Origin: Antedon mediterranea
Taxonomy: Eukaryota; Animalia; Echinodermata
Assembly: GCF_964355755.1 (NCBI RefSeq)
Contig: NC_092675.1
Span: 16,898,912 to 16,962,911 of the forward strand
Direction: 5' to 3'
Length of the DNA: 64,000 nt
In this document: one piece after another, positions 1 to 11,100 of the stretch
How the letters are laid out: each line of letters opens with the position of its first letter
Position numbering within the stretch: the stretch's first letter is position 1
Position numbers and translations under genes: made by a program
Notes under the pieces: model-generated
What the model was told of the DNA's origin: nothing
Databases searched by the model: none
What the model saw: only the letters and a program-made list of their open reading frames with translations

Positions 1-8
1 ATGAGTAC

Positions 9-55
9 CTTCCAACTGCTTCATTGTAAAAAGGATTTACAAAAGGTCGATCAAT
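9..55 (-). other. Probable small exon of a divergent gene running off the left edge; may hold the start codon (ATG 24-22, MKQLE, phase 1)
   Basis: Minus strand reads cattttctttattattttcag|attgatcg...acaATGAAGCAGTTGGAAG|gtactc: strong polypyrimidine acceptor and a GT donor. Too short to identify. Confidence 0.4.
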
Positions 56-362
56 CTGAAAATAATAAAGAAAATGTTTTAATATTTATTCATTTCGACA
101 AAAAACAACTCCATACTTGTACTAGCCTAGGCTCCTAGGGATGGCCCTAGTAGGCCAAAAGCCTACTTTCACTTCAAAAAGATGAATGAAGTGTACACAA
201 GCAAGTACAACTTGAACAAACAAAATGAATTAAAAAATATGGGATCCTAAAAATACATTTTATTATTTACAAATAAAGGGAAGATATGTGTTTCGTTTTT
301 ATTTTGGATTAGGTAATAGTATGTACTGGCCTAGAATTCCATGTAGGCCTATAAGCAATTCT

Positions 363-1240
363 AGGACGATCAGGCTTTTTTAAAAGACGATCGGGTACCA
401 AAGCGTGTGGACGTTCGATACTTATATATATATATATACTTAGACGATCGGGCCACTTATAAAAATAAGGAAAGACGATCGGGTCCAAGAAAACGAATTA
501 GATTTATAATTGTTCATAAAATAAATTAAATGTGTTCTTTCCACGAGTTTGTGAAAAAAAGAAAAGAAAAAGATTTCGAAAAAAAGTGGGTCATTTTGAA
601 GTATCATAATAGTTATTAATTTTCACCAAAAATGAGTCGAAAAAAAAATCATTTAACTGAAATACAGACGTTTTTTTGGTTCAAAAAATAACTTTGACTT
701 CATAATGCAACACGCTTATTTGGCTACTCTGTATGCATAATCATAAAACTTACTCGCGATCTGTGTGAAAACACCTTCTCATCCGTGACGAGTTGTAAAC
801 AATCTTAATTAGCATCCATCATGCTTAATGTATACTCATGGTTTGAAATCTTTGTTTACTTTCGCTCGGGACGATTATCCAGACGAAATGTAATCAAATT
901 AATTTAGCTGTTAATTATGTAAAATTGTTGTTTTTGGCTTGAATTTTCGACTTAAAAAGGTGAATAACTGGCCAATTTAAAATATTTTGACCTTCATTTT
1001 TTGTGTTTCAAGGGACAATAGGCCTACTAGCCTACATCTTTAAGTAAGTACTTAACGGAAAGGTAAATATAAACAATATTGAACTTCATCATCTCGGTAT
1101 GTATGCCGAGAACTCAATTATAAACTATACTAGAACAGATTTACAAACGATACACTTGCCTATCGGATTAAGAATAAGGGCCCGATCGTCTTTCTATGAT
1201 GGCCCCGATCGTCCTTGTTGCCCCCGATCTTCTCGCCTTC
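363..1240. mobile_element. Foldback-like non-autonomous DNA element with reiterated GACGATCGGG subterminal motifs
   Basis: gacgatcRgg four times at 363-485 and inverted cccgatcKtc three times at 1178-1232. Similar motifs at 45675-45715 and in the 18621 element. Confidence 0.45.
570..1043. mobile_element. Copy of a TTAA-ended non-autonomous DNA element (inverted relative to 28298-28852)
   Basis: Aligns by eye to the reverse complement of 28298-28800 and ends ...gacaata[insert]catctttaa. Confidence 0.7.
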
Positions 1241-1439
1241 GAAAAACGTAAAACTATGATCATGATGATGGCATGCCATGTAACCCAACCTAACCTAGCA
1301 ACATTATATAGTCTAAAACGACGATTAATTAACAATAAATAGATTCCAAAAGTATATAATATACCATAAGCTTATCATTATCAGTCATTTTTAGCTGTTA
1401 TTGTTTTTCAACAGTTAAAAAACAAACATTATTCGGCCT

Positions 1440-1856
1440 CTTCACAGCCTCAAAATTCGAAAGCCCGCTCTGCGTTTTCGCCGTGTGTCGCGGTTGGTTG
1501 TTGTTGTGCTGCTGTCGCTTTTCCAACCTCTGCCGCCAATATATATTTTCATACAGTCATTTATTAAATGATATATCGATTCTATTAATATAATTTATAC
1601 AAAAAAATAAGTAATAAGTATATACTTTTAATATAAATAATTATAAATATAACAACTAATATTTAATAGATTTATAATATGTGTATTTTAATTAATTATA
1701 TTTAAGCAATCTTCGCTCGACTTCATAGTTTCAAGAACGCTCTCTGTTGGCGGCCGGCGGGGCGCGAGAGGCAGTCCAGTGTGTGCGCTGTGGCGTAACG
1801 ATCGAAACGGGGAGTACTCGGTGTTATGTGACGAAGAAAACTTCTCATTCAACAAG
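1440..1856. promoter_or_regulatory. Probable bidirectional promoter / HECTD3 5' UTR region
   Basis: Two CpG-rich patches (1440-1540 and 1710-1850) around an AT-rich core, directly upstream of the HECTD3 ATG. Confidence 0.4.
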
Positions 1857-2153
1857 ATGAGTTCTGCTGTTTTTGGGTCATCAAGACGCCAGTTGGCAAG
1901 AATAAAATGTCTTAAAAAGTGTGTTAAATGTTTCAAAGATAGTGAACCATTACCAGAAGCACTTTGTTATGTGCCAGGATGCTTGGAATTTAAATACCCG
2001 ACCGCTAGTGATTCGAATGGTCGAGTTCCTGTACACAGTAAAACGGACAGGAAATCAAAATGTGGAGAAATACTTTTTTCTAGAGAAACCACTATTTTTG
2101 CCAGTGGTGAAGAGTCTTGCAATTCAGAAGGATTGTGGATAAGACTGACGAAT
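1857..2153 (+). CDS. HECTD3: HECTD3 exon 1 ([19 protein letters not shown]...GLWIRLTN)
   Basis: ATG at 1857; donor gtacga at 2154; phase 0. Confidence 0.85.
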
Positions 2154-5100
2154 GTACGAATTTACCTACTGTGTATAAGCCTAATAATAGTTCTTAGGCC
2201 TAGCCTAATACTAGTTCTAGCTAGGCCTAGGCCTAGCCAGGATCAGCCTAATTAGCCTAAGCTAGGAGTATAATGGGCTAGCCTAGGCTATCCAGCCTAG
2301 CTAGCTAGGGCCTAGGCTAGGCTAGCTAGGCCTAGGGGGTAACCGGCCTAGGCCTAGCTAGAGGTCTAACTTGGCCCTTTTGGGTTTCGTCTAACTTAAC
2401 TAAGGAAAACAAAATAGAGCATGCCCACTACTTATTTATAGGCCTAGCTAAGCCTAGCCTACTAGCATGCGCATCAGCCATGCATGGTCTTGGCCTAGTT
2501 TATAGGGCCTAGGCCCTAGGCCTATTTTATTATCTGCTAGGCCTATAGCCTAGTTCCTATCTAACGGTGTGGTGCAAAACTGCAGTAGCGCCGGCCTAGG
2601 CTAGGCCTATCTATGGTATGCGCAATATTAACAATTTGGGTTGCCTTGTGCAATTTAATTTTAAATCAAAATACTCAAATTGCGCATGAAATTTTAAGTA
2701 TTTGATAAACCAATACAAAGCTTGATAACCAAATCTTACTTATTTTATAAATATCCTACGTTGATAAATAATGCAAGCAATAATAAAATTATTTATTTTG
2801 ATGACGAGCTAACGTTTATTTTGTATTTAACAAATTGTGCAATGCAATTTGAAACTGTGCAGCGCAATTTGGATTTTCGCATGATTTGAAAATGTGCAAG
2901 GAACTTGTGAAATTTTAAATTGTGTAAGAAAATTCTTTTAAATACCCTTGCGCAATTTCAGATTACTGTAATGAAATGAAATCATTAAGAATAAAGTTTA
3001 TAATAGTATCTACTATCTTTACTTTAGAAATCATTTAAGGATCATGTAAAATGTAAAGAGAATATGCAAGAAGGTTGGATTCTGTTGTACGATGTGAAGG
3101 CTGGGCTTGAGACTGCAAACGTTCTTTTACCGGTCGTACCTGAAACACCTACAGCCGCTGAGCAGAGAGTTAAAGGAAAACAGTTGTTACCACTCTCCAG
3201 GTTATATTTACTTCATAACATCTAATAAATCTTGTATTTTCTCTTAAAATTCAATACATTCTACAGGACCTGCCTTACATTTCAAACAGTTTGGTTTATT
3301 GGACTTTTGGCTTGCGAGCTATAGAGCTTCATTGACTTGTTACAAGCTCCACACGCTTGTTGAACAAATAAATAAAAACTATATAATATATGAGACACGG
3401 CATCAAAAAATTGGCGTAGTGTCAGAAATAATAATTTTTTTGGATTTTTTATATGCCTTATCTATATTTAATAAGCTTTATAATGAGCCGTTGTTTCTTC
3501 AAATTGGTTTATTATATGAAGAGTTGTTAATGAAAACATACGAGTCGCTTTCTCAGGAAATCTTCATTTTGAGAAAATCAACATTGAAGTAGCGACGCCG
3601 GTTAGCTTGGCCTAGACTAGCCCGCCGATCAATGCGACAAGACTATTTTCTTCTCAATAACGGCAAACTAGTCGAAAATATATCACTTTGTGGTACATAA
3701 TATTATATCATATATAAAAATATATGGATAAAAATAATGATTAACTTCCTAAATATTCACAAATGTTGAAACGTTCATTCGAGAAACTAGGATGGAAGCC
3801 ATGCTGTTTCATCGTAAACAAAAGCGTCAGACAATCAGAGAGTGTAATTTTTAGCCAATCATAGTCAAGGATTCACAAATTCTTGTTAGAAATTTCAGCA
3901 ACCTAGCACCTTAATAAACTAATTTCCATTGGCTAGATTAAAAAAAAAATCCTTAGGTTGTTAGAAATTATGGTAGCTGATATATTTTCGAACAAATAAG
4001 TTCCAAACATGATGTGATTCAGGTTAGCGATTTGATTACAAAAGCGCCTTAAAGAAAGTTGATTTTTGAGTGTGAACAAAAATACAATTTCCTAATGATT
4101 TTTAACGACTTAAATGATTGCAAAATACACATACTTGTGATATTTTTTTATGAACAAGAGTTTGATATGTTAAAGATAGTGTTTATAGTATCGTTTTTTA
4201 TTGAAATTTTAAAATGGATAAGTTAGGCCGTTTTTCACATTCTGAACTTCTAAATGCTAAATATCTCAAAAGGTTTTGTGATGCCATGTCTCATATGTAT
4301 TAGTTACTACATTTAATTCACAATGCTTTGTTTAGGAGACAGTAGAACCTTATTAAAGGGACATTTTTTAGACCAAAGCAAAGTGTCCCTTTTTTTAATT
4401 CGGTTGTAACAAATGAAGGGTTTTTATAAAGATACACAGTTTAGAAATAGATACTTTTTCCTGGTATTTATTACAATATTTATTTGTATTTCCTGACCTC
4501 TATTCAATTTTAAATTGCATCATCTCGATCTAATGATAACTAATATTGCTAATGCTGTACACGTAAAACACACAGTTCATAACAAAAAATATTCTCTATT
4601 TTAAATAGTTGGGAGCAAGTGTTGGAGTATACATACAGTTTAAAGGTTGGCTCTCCAGCTGTAGTTATTGAACCTGATACAGAAGCAGTGAAAAGATTGC
4701 AGAAACCGCCACAGAATTGGACAATTGAGAATGATGAAGAACTAGCAAAATACCTAGCTGAGCACATGGAGAGTAATAATGAAGAACTTGGAAGTGTAAA
4801 GCAATTTGTTGAGTCTGTTGATGTTTCATCAAAATGTGTAAGTTTCTTAAAGCCCCATTCCCTACGTTTTTTAGATCTAATTTAAGATCACAAACTATAT
4901 TTAATGTAAAAATAATACTATATGGTCCTATTGCGATAACTTTTTTCGTCTTTAAACGGTTAAAAATGTGAAAAATAAGTCGATTCTAATAATTATAGCA
5001 GCCCGCTATAAATCCCAAAATGCATTGCGCGCGGATTGATATTTTTGTTTTTCACCTGTAATTCGCCCACTTTTCGATCGATCGTGAGGCCAAAACAAAT

Positions 5101-8100
5101 GGAAGACTCCTAACTTTTCAGCGAAAATACCGGGTTTTCCCCAATTTGTATCAACGGAGTCTGGCAAAAATAGAAAGACAATTAATGCAGCAACTATACA
5201 ACGTCAGGCTAGGTATATAGGTAGCGTACGATGTTCGTACGTTACCGATGTTTACCAGCTAGGCCTACAAAACTAAGCCTAGCTAGGCTAGGCCTAAGAC
5301 CGTCCACGAGAGGTCGATCGCCGCGAGCTACTTAGGTAGTGCATTGTTTCTCACTTTTTATCATAATTTACCATAAAACGTACATTTAAGACAAGGAATG
5401 ACATGATTTAATGTTTTTAAAGTGATATATATGTATTATTTTCCAAAAAACGTCCAAAATTGCAGGGAAGGGGTCTTTAATCTCTGTTTACACTAGTTTG
5501 ACAAAAAAATATGATGTGTCTTATGCTAGTGAAATGTCATATGATATTTGGGCACATCACATTTTTTTTGTCACATAAAATTTGATAGTGTAGACAGAGC
5601 TTTAAACAACATTCATAAAGAAATTGTAAAATTGGTTGGTACTGTCATTGATTACCTTTTACAAATCTTAGGCCTACTATTTTTTCGTGAGTTGAGGAAA
5701 AGTAATATGTACATAAAAGGCCCTTGTGTATATGAATGAAATCTGTGTCCATGGTCGGACATCCTTAACCATCTTTAACTAAAGTAGGGTAAACCCTCCA
5801 GTTTAGCCCAGTGGATTAACTGATAGGTATTCAAGGGCCCTCTTTGATCAAATTAAAATACATATATACATAATTGATAACAATAATGTTTAATTTAATC
5901 ATGGAGAAATAAGTTAGTTTCTCCATGATTTAATATAGTGCAAAATGAAACAAGCAACAGAAAATGTTATAAAAGAGCAAAAGATGATCATCTTTAATGA
6001 TTTCTGAAAATTAACATGTTGCTCAGTCATTATTTATAGAAGCAACTTTATTTTTTGTGCAAATTAAAAGGTGGGATTTGAGGAGTTGTTTGAATGTGCT
6101 GAATGATATTTGATATAAGACTTTGATTGGCCCATGCATTATTGAGTTGATACTATTTCTGAGAGAGTTCCATAACAGGCCTGGAGAATATTTTCAAGGT
6201 ATGCTAAGACCCATCATAAAAATGTTCATTTACTGATTGCTTAGTTTAAAATGTGCAAATTGTTTGTAGGATGATGAAGATGCCTCTTGTTTAACTGATG
6301 GTGATACATCAACATATTGGGAGAGCGACGGATCGCAAGGTCAACATTGGATGAGGTTGCACATGAAAAAGGGAACGATTATCAAGTAAGTTTATATGTT
6401 GCAAGTTCAGTGGTTGGTATTGTAAAAAAATACCTTATTTCTTAATAACTTTGGTTACAATGCTGTGGTTTTATTATCTACATGCGGAAAATCTTTATTG
6501 TGCTTTACTTTAACAAAGTTTGTTTGTTTATGTGTTGTCCTGTTATTGTCATGTTTTTATTGTTATAGTTTTTTTTTTATATATATGCAGTCAACTCTCC
6601 CAGACTCTCTGAAAACCAGAATCACTCCCAAAATCAGACATTTCTTGAGGTCCAAAAATCATTTTTACCATTAGAAACACATTCCAAATACCAGACTTTC
6701 CAGAAAACCAGACATGTTAGGCCAGCCCAAAGGTGTCCGGTATTAGGAAAGTTAACTGTATATAGATATGTATAAGGGCAGCCACATTAACGTGCATTGC
6801 TCTTTTGGTCTTTCCCACCGTTTTTATTTAATCACACATAATTTGGAAATAAATAAGGTCAACTTGTAAATAGTGGTTTATATGCTTACTAATACTATCA
6901 ATATCTTCGGTTTAAATCCTTGTTATGTGACAGTACCAATTTTTTCAAAAGGTCAAATCTAGCTACAGTTCTATATTTATTATTAACCTCTGCCAAGGAG
7001 GTATATGTAATCAATCGTGTTTGTCTGTTTGTTTGTTTGTCTGTTTGTTTGTTTGTCTGTTTGTTGGTTAGCAGGATTACTCAAAAAGTAATTACAAGAT
7101 CTTTACCAAAATGAAATTACAGATAGATATGTGGTCAAGGACCACTCCATTAAATTTTTCCCAATTCTGGACCACTTTTTAGTATAATTTTCAGACCTGC
7201 TAGTGTTAAAAGATAGGACAGATTTTTCAAAAGCCGGCAAGCAGTCTTAAAGTAACAAGTAAACTGAAATTGGATTTTCTCGAGAACTACATGTCCAAAA
7301 AAACTTCATTTTTGTACAAGAGGAGGCAAGAGTTATAATTTGTGATTTGTAATTTTAAAACATAATTTGATTTAATTTACAGATTTTTTAATATGAGTAG
7401 TTTTTAAAAAAACTTTTAAAATTCACCTGTTTGTTTTTGGCGTTGCTGTTCTGTTGTTAGTCAACTAATACTATTGTTAGTTGAAAGGCTGGTTAACATA
7501 ACCATTACACCAAATTCACATACACATGCTTGTAGTGAATCACACACAGCATTAAGACAAACACAAATACATATATAAATTTTCCCGGAGAAATATTATG
7601 TAGTGAGAATTTACAGTAGGCGGAGGTATGCACTCTGGGAGTGGCTTTCTTGTTCTATTCTATTTGTATATTATTGTATTATTATTATAGTACAGTACCA
7701 CCTACAATCCACTTGTGGTATTACTATTATAGTACAGTACCACCTACAATCCCCTTGTGGTATTACTATTATAGTACAGTACCACCTACAATCCACTTGT
7801 GGTATTACTATTATAGTACAGTACCACCTACAATCCACTTGTGGTATTACTATTATAGTACAGTACCACCTACAATCCCCTTGTGGTATTACTATTATAG
7901 TACAGTACCACCTACAATCCCCTTGTGGTTTTACTATTATAGTACAGTACCACCTACAATCCACTTGTGGTATTACTATTATAGTACAGTACCACCTACA
8001 ATCCACTTGTGGTATTACTATTATAGTACAGTACCACCTAAAATCCACTTGGGGTATTACTATAATATAGTACAGTACCACCTACAATCCCCTTGTGGTA

Positions 8101-11100
8101 TTACTATTATAGTACAGTACCACCTACAATCCCCTTGTGGTATTACTATTATAGTACAGTACCACCTACAATCCACTTGTGGTATTACTATTATAGTACA
8201 GTACCACCTACAATCCACTTGTGGTATTACTATTATAGTACAGCCAGTACCACCTACAATCCCCTTGTGGTATTACTATTATAGTACAGTACCACCTACA
8301 ATCCCCTTGTGGTATTACTATTATAGTACAGTACCACCTACAATCCACTTGTGGTATTACTATTATAGTACAGTACCACCTACAATCCACTTGTGGTATT
8401 ACTATTATAGTACAGTACCACCTACAATCCCCTTGTGGTATTACTATTATAGTACAGTACCACCTACAATCCCCTTGTGGTTTTACTATTATAGTACAGT
8501 ACCACCTACAATCCATTTGTGGTTTTTCCATGAAAGAAAATTGTTTCCTTTGTTTGTTGAGACATGGTTGATTAGGTAATCAGCAACATTCATTTTGTAA
8601 GTAAACAAATGTTATTTTGATTCTTTTCTGACTGGTGTTTCTTTGTTTTGTAGGCGTCTTTATATTTCAGTTGACGGTCAGGATGACAATTACATGCCGA
8701 GTCATGTAATAGTAATGGCAGGACAAGATGGTTCAAACCTGAAAAAGATTAATGATTGTAACTTAGATGTGTAAGTATATATTTAAAAAATAGGGAATAA
8801 ATGGGTTCCGTTGACATTTAAAATAAAATGAAAAGTAACAGAATTCAGATTAACACAAGATGTAAAAATTAAAACACAAATCTAATTTTGTTTGTATCCA
8901 AATAATTAATTTATAAGTAACAGGCTACTTGAGAAAGCAATAACTTAGTACTGTTTACTATTGTATTGTATGGCTCCATCTTCTCCATTATTTAAAGATC
9001 AGGGTATTTTAGACGTTTTTAAGTTGTTTGAATTAAGTATAGTTAAGTTTGTTCATGACCAAATTAACGGCAAAACACCACATCAAACAAAGGAATACTT
9101 TTATTTAATTACACATAATGCTAATACCAGATTTAGTAATAGATATAATTTTGCAATTCCGAAAGCTCGCACAGATGCTGGTAAATTTAGAATTTCTTTT
9201 AATGGAGCTCAACTTTGGAATAATTTACCCTTAGTAATAAAATGTACCTCTACTAGATTTAAATTCATAAATGAAGTTAAATGTTTACTTTTACAAAAAT
9301 ATTAATGTTAACCCTTGTTTACGTTATTTCTTTCATATAGTTGCTGTTTCTTTCTTATTGAATTATTGTTGATAGATGAAAATGTATGCATTATGACTAA
9401 TTTATTTTTTGTGACAGGAGTCAAACCTTGATTAGCGAAAGCTATTTTTTGGCTCCTTTTCACACACACATAGATATTGTATTGTACTATTTATGTATGA
9501 TGATGTGAATAAAGAAGTTGTACTTGTTGTACTTATTTTTAAATAAAAGAATGTTATTTGTAAATTAATTATTAGTCTGTAGACATAATAAGTAATCTAT
9601 TCTGTCATTTCTTGTTTCAATTAAGTTGAGAGAAAATTAGTTTTTATATGTCAAATATTATATTTATTTTGTATTTATAATCAATCAATTTCCATATTTA
9701 TTTTATCCTCAGAAACTACACTGGTGACTATTGTATTCTAGAGGACATGACACAGCATTACCGGGTCATTGAGATCAGGATCAAGGAGTGTAAAGGTTAC
9801 GTTATTTCCCAGATTGTTTTTTATTAGTTCCTATGCATGCAATGCAGAGGAACTCTTCAAATCACTTTAGTGTGTGTGTGTATGTGGTCAAACTTCTCAA
9901 AGTTTTCCGTCATTTTGTTTTTGCCTCGCGGTGGCGACGATGCAATGTTATCGCAATTTTATAGCAGTTATTTATTTAAAAAAAACGTGTGTGATGGGTT
10001 TGTGACATGGAAGTGAGCCCGTCTAGAGAGAAAGAGAGGAGATGAATAAAGATGGAAGACAAATACAACATGTTTTGTTATATTATCATTGTTGGTTTCA
10101 GCCTAATGAGCGAGCCTGTAACAAATGGCTATAAATCAAAAGCATATATGCATACTACAGCGTCGAAGAACGACGTAAATTAGTTTCCATTAATGTAAAT
10201 GTCGCTTGTTCTTGTCTATCATGCTAGGACTAGCCCCTTTCGCTTCCATATACTCACGATATAGTCTTTGCTGCATTGCAGGATGACTATTGTTAGCAAG
10301 CTACACAAGACTTGGCTTGTTGATTAACTGCGATCATATTACACCTTTCTACAAAACAATGGAATGCCAACACAGCGCAATAGTGAATCAGAGAGATTTT
10401 AGGGTGGTACTGCTAGGGATAATGATGCAATAAAGCAAATCCTTTGACAATCTGACTAAAACATTGCCGAAAATTATCATTTTTTAGACAAGCGAATGAT
10501 GTAAACAAATTACCGAATAACAAGTTTTTGAAAAAATATTACGTTTTTTAGTAATTTATTTTTATCTATATATAAATTTACGTAAGGGCAAAATTCGGTA
10601 AATCGCGCCTTACTTCTAGAATTTTCACTCGATGGTATGTAAAGTTGGTTCGTACTTTCGGTACTGATTTTAACCGCCTGATGTAACCCTGTTTACTAAT
10701 TAAATTGAGTTAGATAATTAGTTATTGACGATTAAAACGAATTTAGGTTCAACGATTTGCCCCAAATAGGGGTGTTTTCCGATCGTGGTATACACTGTCT
10801 AATGGATGTCCATCTTGAAAAATACCCGCCAAAAAAATGCGAGGAGGCTTCGCATTTTCCTATCTCCTCCTACGATAATTGTTTTTAATAGCTGAAAACC
10901 GGTTGAACAGCTAGAGTACAGCATCATAATGTTGAAGACAGGCCGATTTTCTTTAAAAAAGACTATTTTGATAGATTTAATATACGATTATACAAATGTA
11001 TTGATTTGCGATGAATGGAACATCCCAATCTCTCAGTCTGCCAGAGTTTGGTTTAACACAAGTACTGTAGGTAAATTTATGAGCCCTTGGTTTAACACAT

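Noticed and set aside
1779-1856. N-terminal extension of HECTD3 from the ORF track
   Set aside because: It starts at GTG; similarity begins after ATG 1857. The ORF tail past 2153 is intron read-through.
7603-8579. Long repetitive ORFs (312, 155 and 136 aa) or a CRISPR-like array
   Set aside because: These are translations of a 42-bp intronic minisatellite. There are no unique spacers, and the context is eukaryotic.
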